A stretch of DNA of 34,373 nt from a virus (IMGVR_UViG_2713896907_000006:1-34373); one strand, 5' to 3'. Positions 1-9,720 are shown, counted from the stretch's first letter. Numbers and translations are program-made. The notes: generated by a model from the sequence alone, not told the origin.

Positions 1-141
1 TTACTGCTTACACTGTAAGAACGCCGCAAACTCCGCTCCCCAGAAGCTCATCCGTATTTCACACAGCGAACCGTGCAACATCCAGATGATGAGGATTGCC
101 GTCACACAGAACGTGATGGCCGTAAGCGATTTTTGCGACAT
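1..141 (-). CDS. Hok/Gef-family type I toxin (46 aa membrane peptide)
   Basis: Reverse-strand translation MSQKSLTAITFCVTAILIIWMLHGSLCEIRMSFWGAEFAAFLQCKQ: single hydrophobic helix followed by the LCEIR motif and C-terminal AAF segment typical of Hok/Gef peptides. Stop codon is the first three bases of the window. Confidence 0.65.
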   Translation of the reverse strand: MSQKSLTAITFCVTAILIIWMLHGSLCEIRMSFWGAEFAAFLQCKQ

Positions 142-322
142 AGCACTTGCTCCTTTTCCGGAGAGGCGCTAACCTTTCACTTGTCAAGGTAATGCGGTTA
201 GGGCCTCGGTTAAACAGAGATGTTTTCCGGGGCCTTTCCACATCTGGCCTTCGGGTATTCCCTCCGACCATCAGCCGAAAGGCACCCGCGCGTAATCTAT
301 CGCTTTTTTGTTGCTCCGGCAA
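59..322 (-). CDS. Possible mok-like overlapping reading frame upstream of and overlapping the hok-like gene
   Basis: 87-aa ORF starting upstream of the hok-like ORF and overlapping it out of frame, as mok does in hok/sok loci. Positional inference only. Confidence 0.25.
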   Translation of the reverse strand: MPEQQKSDRLRAGAFRLMVGGNTRRPDVERPRKTSLFNRGPNRITLTSERLAPLRKRSKCYVAKIAYGHHVLCDGNPHHLDVARFAV

Positions 323-331
323 TTCTGCCTG

Positions 332-592
332 TTAATTCTGAGGTAAAGGCAAACTCATCTGATTGTTTCCCCTGTGTGAAGCTGGCAGCTCATGCCACGG
401 GATACCTTCTGAAGAGTGAACGCCGGAGGCGTGTTTCGATGTGAATTTATGGAAAGCTTCCAGTGTTGAGAAGCATACGCCGCATTCCAGATTGTTACAC
501 TGGTAATACTTTTGCCGCACGGTGTTTGAATCATTTTCCGGACGACTGGTGCGGATACGGGCAGATGCGCCACAAAGCGGACAACGGAACAT
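332..592 (-). CDS. ogr: Ogr/Delta-family zinc-finger late transcription activator
   Basis: Translation starts MFRCPLCGASARIRTSR and continues to YYQCNNLECGVCFSTLE: the CxxC...CxxC zinc-finger arrangement and N-terminal sequence match P2 Ogr. The ORF is somewhat longer than the roughly 72-aa P2 protein. Confidence 0.85.
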   Translation of the reverse strand: MFRCPLCGASARIRTSRPENDSNTVRQKYYQCNNLECGVCFSTLEAFHKFTSKHASGVHSSEGIPWHELPASHRGNNQMSLPLPQN

Positions 593-883
593 AGCGACCT
601 CCCTTAACGTAATGTTGGTGCCATTCTAAGTTGTACTGGTTCAGACTTTAACTGCCAATGAGTTTTGAGCAACAAACGAAAAATGATACGTCTAGCGAAG
701 TGGTTAAAATTATCTATTAATAACGAATCACCTCTTCTGGATTAATGTCGGAAATGAGACTGCCGGTGCCACATCAATAGTCTCTTTCATGCGACACCTA
801 TCTCTATTTGATAATCAGTGCATTAAATGTAGTGAAGAGTATATTTCATCACTTCAAATAATAAAATAAATCACCTGTTATCA

Positions 884-3055
884 CTATTTTAAGCTAATTG
901 TTGCATCTCTTAAATAATATTTTTTCCCATCTGCAATGCTCTTAAGTACAGCTTGAATGCGAGTCGGATGCTTTGAAATATCTATGTTTTTAGCTTTATT
1001 TCTAACCTCATCTACATCAAGTATTTCCCCGAAATAATGTTCGTCAAAAATAACATAAGGGCCATTCGTTGAATCTCTACCAGTTTCACCAATAATTTCA
1101 CACAATCTAATTATGCCATCTTCTGATAAGATGGAAGCAAGAAATTCTGATGTGAATTCAACAGAGATTCTCTTTAATTCGAAAAATATATTTGATTCTA
1201 GATGATAGTCAAAAAATATTTTTTTATTTAAAGCAATAGTAGCTGTTTCTTTGAAGGTATTCTCAAGTTCAACAATCTGATCTTTATTAATCTGTATATT
1301 ACTTGAGTTTCGTACGTTGTATAGTACTTCTGCTCCAAGTGGCGCATTCTCATATCGACCAATAATTTTTTTTATTAGCTCATATTGCTCACTACTTTTA
1401 GATATAATTTTATCAGTGAGCCAATACATCCTTCTATAAGGATCTTCTCTAATGAGACCATAGTTTTTTTCTAATGAAGATTTTAACTCTTGAGAGAAAA
1501 GAAATCTATCATAAATGCACGTTAATATATTAAAACTATCAACTTTACAACAAGCGTCTGTATAAATATTCATCATTTCGAAAAATCTTTCCTCGGCATT
1601 TTGAGATAACACATCCTCAAGGAATTTTTCTCTATTAATTTTCCCTTCGATGAAAAGAAGAATGTCATGATCGGAAATATATCCTACTGGAGTTTTAAAA
1701 TGAAGGGCAATATGAAGTCTTTGGGGGGCAGAAATTCTTCCTGCTGCATCTGAGTCAGATACATCATAAGGATAAGATTGATTGGGGCGTAGAAGAGGGA
1801 AAATATACTCTAATAGCCCCTGCATCAATGTACGTTCTCGTTGAGAAAAAATATTTAGTTTATTGCATCGTTCATGGCTATAATGCTCTATAATATCTTG
1901 ATGTTTATTCATTAACAAATTATTGATGGTTAATCTATTCCCAATGTACGCTTCAGGAGTATTCTTTATATGCTCATAAATTAAATTTGATTTGGTTGCG
2001 ATTAGAGATAAAGAAAAAAGATCTGAAGAACACACCTGACCTTTAATTTGCTCTAAAGTAAATCTCAAGTGGTTGAAAAACCTTTTCAACTCTCTTGGAT
2101 TATTAATTAATTGCTTGAAATAATTATGGTAAATCCAATCTAATCTTTCTTGATCTTTTTCAAATTTATCAGTTAAAAAACTATCACCTAGTTTTTCAAA
2201 CTCTGAATTTGCGATTTCATTCAGTCCTCTTTCTGAAATTACGGGAAGTGAAACTCGAAGTTGAACAATCTTATTAATATATTCTGACGGATTTATAATG
2301 TTATTTTTATCAAGCACAGAAATTAGGTAATTAGGATCAAATGCAAGTAAAAAAGAAGTGCCTGAGAAATTCGCAACAGCTTTGACTAACCGTAAAACTT
2401 GAAAAGCCTCAGAGGGTGTTAAACGATCAATATCATCAATTATTACAATTATAGGATGTTTTATTTTTTTTATCGCATTAGCCACTTGTTTTTTTCTATC
2501 TAAAAGATCAAGTTTTTTTAACTCAGCTATTTTTTTAGTAGCATGTCCAAAGCTTGAAAGAGATTTTTCTATGATAGATGCCCATGGTTCTGCTCCAGGG
2601 ATAAGTTTAGCAGCACTAAAGAGGCTAGAGTATGCAATTAGCTCTTTTGATACTTTTAATGCAACTTTTGATTTGTCTTTAATATTTAGTTGTGAAGAAA
2701 ACTGCAATAAAAAATCTTGAATCAAGGATTCAGGTTGGCCAGCCAACCATGGATTATATTCTATTATAATGGGTAAGGAGTCCTTTTCATTTAAGGCATT
2801 TTTTATAAGATTTATGACTGACGTTTTACCATATCCCCACTCAGCCTCTATAGATACAGTGAAACAATCATCGTCGTTATTTAATAGTAAAATATTTGCC
2901 AAATTATTTGCAAAAGTAAGTCTATTTAGTAAGTCTGGATCATTTTGACCGCCTAGTATAGGTTGGTCATTATGATATGCTCTCATTTTTAAACTCATCC
3001 ATTTAAATAAAGCAATCATAGAGATGTTGCTATTAATATTATAATATAGCCACAA
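884..3055 (-). CDS. KAP-family P-loop NTPase (about 700 aa), accessory cargo gene
   Basis: Walker A-like AEWGYGKTS, Walker B-like IIVIIDDIDRL, and the KAP-typical NPRELKRFFNHL motif, followed by roughly 370 aa of unassigned C-terminal sequence. The gene and both flanks are strongly AT-rich compared with neighbouring phage genes. True start is probably an internal ATG near 2986. Confidence 0.8.
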   Translation of the reverse strand: MWLYYNINSNISMIALFKWMSLKMRAYHNDQPILGGQNDPDLLNRLTFANNLANILLLNNDDDCFTVSIEAEWGYGKTSVINLIKNALNEKDSLPIIIEYNPWLAGQPESLIQDFLLQFSSQLNIKDKSKVALKVSKELIAYSSLFSAAKLIPGAEPWASIIEKSLSSFGHATKKIAELKKLDLLDRKKQVANAIKKIKHPIIVIIDDIDRLTPSEAFQVLRLVKAVANFSGTSFLLAFDPNYLISVLDKNNIINPSEYINKIVQLRVSLPVISERGLNEIANSEFEKLGDSFLTDKFEKDQERLDWIYHNYFKQLINNPRELKRFFNHLRFTLEQIKGQVCSSDLFSLSLIATKSNLIYEHIKNTPEAYIGNRLTINNLLMNKHQDIIEHYSHERCNKLNIFSQRERTLMQGLLEYIFPLLRPNQSYPYDVSDSDAAGRISAPQRLHIALHFKTPVGYISDHDILLFIEGKINREKFLEDVLSQNAEERFFEMMNIYTDACCKVDSFNILTCIYDRFLFSQELKSSLEKNYGLIREDPYRRMYWLTDKIISKSSEQYELIKKIIGRYENAPLGAEVLYNVRNSSNIQINKDQIVELENTFKETATIALNKKIFFDYHLESNIFFELKRISVEFTSEFLASILSEDGIIRLCEIIGETGRDSTNGPYVIFDEHYFGEILDVDEVRNKAKNIDISKHPTRIQAVLKSIADGKKYYLRDATISLK

Positions 3056-3375
3056 AAAAACTCAAAATTTGCATATTGAGCATAAACACATAACATCTAA
3101 GCAACGCTGAAAATTTATAACGAAAATCACCTAAAAAAACAAGTCTGTTATGCAAAGCTCATCGTGGCAGGTATGGCTTTGAGCACACTCGGTCAACTAT
3201 CTCTATTGATACTGAGTGGGGATTTGACAAATCACTATTTGACTGAGCTTTTCGGGGAGATAAACACATAGCGCTGTCATAAATTTTCGCTCTTGGTGCA
3301 GAAGTGACTGGCAGATCAGGTTTACTCTGTGTCGTAAGTGTTCCGCCCATGTTTAATCTAATGTATCAAAATTGC

Positions 3376-4485
3376 TCACTCTGTTTCTGCTATCCATTCT
3401 GGGATTTTTGCTTCAAGCTCAAGCTGCGTGGTAAAGCCGCTGTTATCAATGGTGTGCTCGGTTTTCGCAATAATCCAGTCCTGATTATCAATCTCGCTTT
3501 TAAATCCTGTTACCGTGCCATGCATTTCGGGGTAGAGTTCTGCGCGTCCACGTGCCAGCATGATGGAGAATGATGCGGCTCCGCGTTGTAGCTGCTGCCA
3601 CTTTGCCGCCGCTGCGCGTCTTGCTGCCTGCTCGTTCTGATAAGTCTTGCGTAACACAAACACATTGCCTTCCGCGCCTTCCATATAATCACCTTCACGG
3701 CTGCTGCTTTTCTCCTTTTTGGGTTTTGGCGGTTTGCGGCGTTTCACGCTGACTTTTTTCTTTTTCCCGTAATTAAGATCAAGCCAGTAGGCGCGTACAC
3801 CCGTATACGCCTCGCGGTCAGCAATGCGGAACTGATGGCGATCGCCGCTGCTGCGTGTGATGGCAAACGATGGCAATGGTTTTCCCTGCGCGTTCACGCC
3901 ACCACCTGGCATAATGAATAACAGATTACCGCTTTTTACCGTGGTGATTGCGCCCAGCATTTCCGCCATGCGTGTAAGGAAGGACATGTCGCTTTCTTCG
4001 GTCTGGTCGGCGTGGTCGATTTCGATATCCATCAGCATTTCGCTGATTTGCGGTTTCAGGCCGTATCGGTGAGCAATTGCAGACACCACGCGTTCAACGG
4101 TCACATCATGCCAGGATACTTCGCGCTTGACGTTAAATTCATCCCGAAAATCTGCGCTTCTGGCTGAAATGGTCAGTCTGTCGGGCGGTCCTTCATGAGC
4201 AATTTCATCAACAATGTAAGTGCCTTTTTCTGTCAGCGGTTCGCCTTTCCAGCCAATGAGAACCGTCAGGCGAGCTCCCCGTGGCGGCAACTGCAACTGA
4301 CCATCAGCATCATCCAGCGTGATGGTGAGCTGGTCTGCTTCAAATCCCCGGTTGTCGGTCAGTGACAGGCTCATCAGGCGTTCTGCCACACCGGATAGCG
4401 TTTTCCCCTCCGCGAGAATATCAAAATCAGGCATCTTCACGGGGTCAGTACTCTGGTTGAACAGTTGCATGGTGGTGTCAATCAT
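3376..4485 (-). CDS. D: Tail protein gpD (late control gene D family)
   Basis: Translation from MIDTTMQLFNQSTDPVKMPDFDILAEGKTLSGVAERLMSL matches P2 gpD along its length, including the lysine-rich KKKKVSVKRRKPPKPKKEK segment. Start chosen at the ATG at 4485, preceded by a GGGAGGGAG ribosome-binding site; the ORF track extends further upstream to 4617. Confidence 0.85.
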   Translation of the reverse strand: MIDTTMQLFNQSTDPVKMPDFDILAEGKTLSGVAERLMSLSLTDNRGFEADQLTITLDDADGQLQLPPRGARLTVLIGWKGEPLTEKGTYIVDEIAHEGPPDRLTISARSADFRDEFNVKREVSWHDVTVERVVSAIAHRYGLKPQISEMLMDIEIDHADQTEESDMSFLTRMAEMLGAITTVKSGNLLFIMPGGGVNAQGKPLPSFAITRSSGDRHQFRIADREAYTGVRAYWLDLNYGKKKKVSVKRRKPPKPKKEKSSSREGDYMEGAEGNVFVLRKTYQNEQAARRAAAAKWQQLQRGAASFSIMLARGRAELYPEMHGTVTGFKSEIDNQDWIIAKTEHTIDNSGFTTQLELEAKIPEWIAETE

Positions 4486-4642
4486 CGGCTCCCTCCCTGT
4501 GCAGCATGGTCGCATGTGTGTGCGGGCGGGGTTACTGCTTTTTGTTGTCGCCGGGCGGCAAGAACGGCGCAGGGATGAGATTGCGCGCGTGGTGGGTGAT
4601 GATTGTTGCCGAATCATTTAACGGATACAAGGGGCTGGAACT
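4486..4642. promoter_or_regulatory. Divergent intergenic region between D and FI, presumed to carry promoters for both
   Basis: 157 bp between the divergent start codons of D (minus) and FI (plus). No exact TGT-N12-ACA Ogr-type site was found by eye. Confidence 0.35.
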
Positions 4643-5827
4643 ATGAGTGAAACTCGCTTTCATGGCGCCCGCGTTACGGAAAGTACCGACCTGGTAACAG
4701 CAATTAACGACGTTGATTCCAGCGTTATCGGTATCGTGGCAACGGCGGACGATGCGGACGCGAAGCTGTTCCCGCTGAACAAGCCTGCATTAGTGATCCG
4801 CGTCAATGACGTGCTGGGAAAATGCGGGACAACGGGGACGCTGTACCGTGCGCTGAAACCCATTGCAGACCAGGTGAGCACAAAGGTGATCGTCGTTCGC
4901 GTGGCTGAACACAAAGAAGAAGACGGAAAAACACAGGATCAACTGGTTATCGGTGGTTCTGAATCCGACGGCAGCTATACGGGGATGTATGCGCTGCTTG
5001 TTGCAGAGCAGGATGAAAGCATCGGATACCGTCCGCGTATTCTGGCCGCGCCGGGGCTGGACACGGAGGCGGTGACAAAATCCCTGTGCGTGATTGCAGG
5101 TAAACTGCGCGCGTTTGTGTATGCCTCCTGTCATGGCTGTAACACGATGGCTGAAGCCATTGCATACCGTGAAAAATTCAACGAACGCGAGCTGATGCTC
5201 CTGTGGCCGGACTTCATCGCTTACAACCCGAAAAGTGGCGAGAATGAGGTTTTCCCCGCGCCAGCCTATGCGTGCGGCCTTCGTGCGTACATTGACCATG
5301 AGCAGGGCTGGCACAAATCGCTGTCCAACGTTCCGGTCAAAAATGTGCTGGGGATGTCCAGGCATGTGTTCTGGTCGTTGCAGGCTGATGACAGCGATGC
5401 CAACAGCCTCAACAACAAAGAAATCACAACCATCATTCGCCGCAACGGGTTCCGCTTCTGGGGCAACCGCACACCGGAAACGAACGCCTACATCTTTGAG
5501 GTGTATACCCGAACCGCACAGGTGCTGGCTGATTCAATTGCGGAAGCGCAGTTTGAAACCATCGACAGTCCACTGACGCCCGCGAACGTGAAGGACGTCA
5601 TCAGTGCCATCAGGGCAAAACTGGATTCGCTGGTTACTGCCGGGAAACTGATTGGCGCATCGTGCTGGTATGACATCGTGGATAACAGCACCACAGAATT
5701 ACGACAGGGGCGCGTGCGTATTCGCTATAAATATACGCCCGTTCCTCCGCTGGAAGATATGGAGCTTTACCAGGCGTTCACTGATGAGTTCTTTGGTCCT
5801 GCATTTGCAGTGCTTGGAGGTGCTTAA
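4643..5827 (+). CDS. FI: Tail sheath protein FI
   Basis: 394-aa product with the FPLNKP, IIRRNGFRFWGNRT and YTPVPPLE motifs shared with P2 FI. Confidence 0.9.
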   Translation: MSETRFHGARVTESTDLVTAINDVDSSVIGIVATADDADAKLFPLNKPALVIRVNDVLGKCGTTGTLYRALKPIADQVSTKVIVVRVAEHKEEDGKTQDQLVIGGSESDGSYTGMYALLVAEQDESIGYRPRILAAPGLDTEAVTKSLCVIAGKLRAFVYASCHGCNTMAEAIAYREKFNERELMLLWPDFIAYNPKSGENEVFPAPAYACGLRAYIDHEQGWHKSLSNVPVKNVLGMSRHVFWSLQADDSDANSLNNKEITTIIRRNGFRFWGNRTPETNAYIFEVYTRTAQVLADSIAEAQFETIDSPLTPANVKDVISAIRAKLDSLVTAGKLIGASCWYDIVDNSTTELRQGRVRIRYKYTPVPPLEDMELYQAFTDEFFGPAFAVLGGA

Positions 5828-6339
5828 TGGCCGTACCAAAACATCTTCGTTTTTTTACGCTGTTTGTGGATGGTGAAAATGAAGTGGGTAAGGTGACGTC
5901 TGTCACCCCGCCTAAACTGACGCGTAAAACCGACAGCTATCGTGGTGGTGGCATGATGGGGGCGGTGAGTATCGACCTCGGCCTGGACGATTCCGCGCTT
6001 GATGCGAGTTTTGTCATGGGGGGCGCCGTTCGTGCGCTGTTCCTTAAATATGGCGGAACAATGGACGGCACGCTGCTGCGTTTTGCGGGTGAATACTACA
6101 CCGATGCAGAAAGCGACCTGTATGAAATCGAGATGCGCGGGCGTGTGACGGAAATTGATATGGGGGAGGCCAAACAGGGCGAAGCCACGTCACACACTTA
6201 CGCTGTCAAAAACACCTACTACAAGCTGAGTATTAACGATCGTCCGGTGTGGGAAATTGACCTGGTGAACCACATCTACCGGAAGGATGGCAAGGACATT
6301 GTACCCGACCGCATCCGCTCCGCGCTTGGGCTCGGCTGA
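5827..6339 (+). CDS. FII: Tail tube protein FII
   Basis: 170 aa, start overlapping the FI stop; position and length match P2 FII. Confidence 0.85.
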   Translation: MAVPKHLRFFTLFVDGENEVGKVTSVTPPKLTRKTDSYRGGGMMGAVSIDLGLDDSALDASFVMGGAVRALFLKYGGTMDGTLLRFAGEYYTDAESDLYEIEMRGRVTEIDMGEAKQGEATSHTYAVKNTYYKLSINDRPVWEIDLVNHIYRKDGKDIVPDRIRSALGLG

Positions 6340-6393
6340 TAAGTAATATGCAGGCGGCGCAGTGCGTCGCCTCTGACTGAAAGGAGTTTTCTG

Positions 6394-6762
6394 ATGAAAG
6401 AGACGAAAAATACCAATACTGAAAACGCTGTGGTGGTTGCTGATACTGCGAAAGAAACCAGCGAGCGCGGCGTAAAACTTACCCAGCCAATTGAGCGAGG
6501 CGACGAAAAAATCACTTATGTGGAGATTACCGGGGCTATTGAGCAGGCTGGATCCCTGCGTGGTCTGTCGCTGTCTGATGTGCTGAATCTGAAAGCGGAA
6601 TCCATGTTTACGCTGTTGTCACGCGTGACATCACCGCGACTGGATGAAGTGACGATCAAAAAAATGGCATCCCGTGACTTTATTCAGTTATGTGTGGTTG
6701 CCGTAAATTTTTTGAGCGGTGCGGACTCTGGCGGGAAGAACGAACAGGCGACGGAAGCCTGA
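6394..6762 (+). CDS. E: Tail assembly chaperone gpE
   Basis: 122-aa ORF immediately upstream of the tape measure gene, containing a TTTTTTG slippery heptamer near its 3' end. Confidence 0.8.
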   Translation: MKETKNTNTENAVVVADTAKETSERGVKLTQPIERGDEKITYVEITGAIEQAGSLRGLSLSDVLNLKAESMFTLLSRVTSPRLDEVTIKKMASRDFIQLCVVAVNFLSGADSGGKNEQATEA

Positions 6763-6926
6763 TCACGGTTGTGTGCTTTGAGCACATAGAAGACTTTGTG
6801 GCGGATATTGCCGCCATTTTTAACTGGTCGCCCGCCGAAATCTTCATGATGACGCCCGGCGAAGTGGTTAGCTGGCGTGAGCGGGCGGCACTTCGCAGCG
6901 GGAATGCAGACAATGAAGACTCTTGA
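6394..6926 (+). CDS. E+E': gpE+E' frameshift fusion product (predicted)
   Basis: Joining the gpE frame to the -1 frame at the slippery site gives an extended product ending at 6926, as in P2 E/E'. Confidence 0.65.
6708..6714 (+). promoter_or_regulatory. TTTTTTG slippery heptamer for the -1 programmed frameshift producing gpE+E'
   Basis: TTTTTTG lies in the gpE frame as AAT TTT TTG; the -1 frame is open from here to 6926. Confidence 0.75.
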
Positions 6927-9720
6927 TATCCGGGTCGCTTTCAGCGCCGTTGACAGGCTGACCCGGCCTGCCGAAAACGCCCGCCGCCTGATGGGGCAGT
7001 TTGGTGACTCCATCCAGCGAACGCAGGGGGCGATCAAAAATCTCGAGCGTCAGGCGCGTTCATTTGAGCGCGCCCGCGACGCTGTCAGTAAAGCGGATGC
7101 GGGTATCGTGAAAGCACGACGCCAGCTTAACGCCCTTAATCAGTTACAACGCACGGGTACAGTGCTCAGCGAAAAACAACAAAAGCTGATGCAGCAGTTA
7201 AGCACCCGGCTTGAACGCTTGAATGAATCGCGCACACGGGAAATTCAGAAAATGCGGGAACTTGGCGGAGAGTTGAAACGCCACGGCATTTCCCTGACAG
7301 GCAGCGATAACACCATCCAGCAGGCCATCAGACGCACCGAACAGTACAACAACCAGCTTGAACGCGAACGGCAGGCGCTTGCGCGTGTAACGCGGGCGCG
7401 TGAGCGGTATTCGCGCGCGCAGGAAACCGCGGGAAAACTGAAAACAGGTGGTGCGCTGGCAATTGGTGCGGCAGCGGCGGGCGGCTATGCTGCCGGGCGT
7501 TTTTTGCAGCCTGCGATCGGGTTCGGCAAAGAGATGTCCCGCGTTCAGGCACTGACGCGAATCGACAAAAACAGCCCGCAGTTTAAGGCGCTGCGTGAGC
7601 AGGCGTTAAAACTTGGCTCTGAAACACAGTTTACTGCGAGTGATGCCGCCAGTGGGCAGAGCTTTCTGGCAATGGCTGGTTTTACTCCGCAGGCCATTCA
7701 GGCCGCATTGCCCGGTGTTCTTAATATGGCGCTGGCAGGTGGCGTCGAACTCGGCGAGACGGCTGATATAGGCTCCAATATCCTCACACAGTTCAACCTG
7801 ACAGCCGATCAAATGGACCGGGTGGGCGATACGCTGACAGCAGCATTTACCCGGACCAATACTGATTTACGCGCGCTGGGCGAAACCATGAAGTATACCG
7901 GTCCGGTTGCCGCAAAACTTGGTATCAGTCTTGAAGAAGCGGCGGCCATGGCCGGGATGCTTGCCAATAATGGTCTTCGCGGAAGCGATGCTGGCACGGC
8001 CATGCGCGCAAGTCTGTCCCGCCTTGCATCACCGCCAAAAGCTGCGGCTGATGCACTGAAAGAGCTGGGGGTGTCAGTTGCTGACGCCAGAGGCAAAATG
8101 CGCCCGATGGAGGATGTGCTGCTTGATCTCTATAAGGCGACACAAAAATACGGACAGGTGGACCAGGTCTCCTTCTTCAAGGACATCGCCGGAGAAGAGG
8201 CGTTCGTTGGTTTGCAGACGCTTGTTGCGGCGGCTGGTTCAGGAGAGCTGCAAAAACTGACCAGAGAATTGCAGGAGGCAAGGGGAGAGGCCGATCGCGT
8301 TGCAAAAGTAATGGCCGATAATCTTGATGGGGACCTGAAAAATCTCGACAGCGCATGGGAAGGTCTTCGTATTCGCATCAGTGATCTGGTTGACGGTCCG
8401 CTGCGTTCTGTCACGCAGTGGCTCACGCGGGTGCTTGAAAAAATCACCTCGCTGGCGCAGGCCCATCCGGTCCTGACGCGCCAGCTACTGATAGCAGGCG
8501 GTGCGTTGCTGGCAATGACTGCAACGATTGGCTCGTTGTCGCTGGTTATTGGGGTGCTTTACGGGAAGCTGGCCACCTTGCGTCTTGGTTTTGACATTCT
8601 TACCCGGTCAATGAATGTCGTCAGGGTGTTGCCTGCGCTATGGGGAATGGTGACGGGTTCCGTTTCTTTACTGGGAGGCGCGATCGGGGCGTTGTTCAGT
8701 CCGGTTGGTCTTATCGTGGCTGCGCTTGCCGGAGCTGCCGTTCTTATCTGGAAATACTGGGATCCCATCAGGGCATTTTTTGCCGGGGTGTTCAGCGGGA
8801 TTATGGAAAGACTGACCCCGTTGCGTGAAACCTTTGAACGGTTTGGTCCTGTTTTTGACGCAATCGGAAGCGGGATCAGCCAGGTGTTTAACTGGTTTAA
8901 ATCGCTGCTGTCACCGATGGAGTCCAGCAAGGAAACGCTGGATAAATGTACCAGTGCTGGCGAGATATTCGGTAACGTTCTTGGCGGTGCGTTACAACTT
9001 GTTCTGACACCTGCAAAAATGCTACTGGATACGCTGGCGTGGATACTTGAAAAACTTGGCGTCCTTCCGGATGAAGCGGAAAGGGCGCGCAAGAAAATCG
9101 AAGACGCACAGCGTGCGGCCATTCTTCAGGACAAGGTTGCCTTGCTTCAGGGGGACCTGGCGAAAATCAATCCGCCGAAGCCTGTGGAAAATGGCAATGG
9201 CACCGGAGGTGATAAACCCAAAGACAATAAACCGCTCACAGACAGCAATACCGGTACGCTGCGTAGACTCAGCAAAATTGCTGATAACACAGGTAAGCTG
9301 GTTGATGAGACGAAAAAACGCATTGGCCCCGGCGATATTGTCTTTAAGAACCTGCCCCGCGCACTTGCTGTTCGTGGGGAGTGGCAGGAGCGGAAGATTG
9401 CGCAGGTCAGTAAGCCTGCCCCCGCAATTAATATCACACCCGTGGTTCCGGCTCCGCTGCCTCCGGCGCTGGTCCCTGTTGTTGCGGCCAGCTCCCGCCC
9501 GGTGGCGGAGGCCATACGATCGCCAGTGGCATCAGTTCCTGCAACTTCCCGTAACCGGGAACCTGTTGCCTCCGGATTTGGCGGTGAAATTCATGTTCAT
9601 CTGCATAACGTTGTTACACAAAATCCCCGTGAACTGGCGAAACTGGTCGGTGAAATGGTCAGGGCAGAAATGGAACGGCGCGCCCGTGCCGGGCGTGGCA
9701 GTTTTTGCGATAAAGATTGA
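6877..9720 (+). CDS. T: Tail tape measure protein gpT
   Basis: Largest tail ORF (about 935-947 aa), coiled-coil-rich N-terminal half and Gly/Ala-rich hydrophobic segments; sits between E/E' and U. Start may be the ATG at 6913 (MKTLDI). Confidence 0.9.
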   Translation: MSGRHFAAGMQTMKTLDIRVAFSAVDRLTRPAENARRLMGQFGDSIQRTQGAIKNLERQARSFERARDAVSKADAGIVKARRQLNALNQLQRTGTVLSEKQQKLMQQLSTRLERLNESRTREIQKMRELGGELKRHGISLTGSDNTIQQAIRRTEQYNNQLERERQALARVTRARERYSRAQETAGKLKTGGALAIGAAAAGGYAAGRFLQPAIGFGKEMSRVQALTRIDKNSPQFKALREQALKLGSETQFTASDAASGQSFLAMAGFTPQAIQAALPGVLNMALAGGVELGETADIGSNILTQFNLTADQMDRVGDTLTAAFTRTNTDLRALGETMKYTGPVAAKLGISLEEAAAMAGMLANNGLRGSDAGTAMRASLSRLASPPKAAADALKELGVSVADARGKMRPMEDVLLDLYKATQKYGQVDQVSFFKDIAGEEAFVGLQTLVAAAGSGELQKLTRELQEARGEADRVAKVMADNLDGDLKNLDSAWEGLRIRISDLVDGPLRSVTQWLTRVLEKITSLAQAHPVLTRQLLIAGGALLAMTATIGSLSLVIGVLYGKLATLRLGFDILTRSMNVVRVLPALWGMVTGSVSLLGGAIGALFSPVGLIVAALAGAAVLIWKYWDPIRAFFAGVFSGIMERLTPLRETFERFGPVFDAIGSGISQVFNWFKSLLSPMESSKETLDKCTSAGEIFGNVLGGALQLVLTPAKMLLDTLAWILEKLGVLPDEAERARKKIEDAQRAAILQDKVALLQGDLAKINPPKPVENGNGTGGDKPKDNKPLTDSNTGTLRRLSKIADNTGKLVDETKKRIGPGDIVFKNLPRALAVRGEWQERKIAQVSKPAPAINITPVVPAPLPPALVPVVAASSRPVAEAIRSPVASVPATSRNREPVASGFGGEIHVHLHNVVTQNPRELAKLVGEMVRAEMERRARAGRGSFCDKD

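Noticed and set aside
355-573. 72-aa alternative frame overlapping ogr
   Set aside because: The other frame (332-592) carries the Ogr zinc-finger signature; this frame has no recognisable features.
4790-5365. 191-aa minus-strand ORF inside tail sheath gene FI
   Set aside because: Antisense shadow ORF; FI on the + strand is strongly supported.
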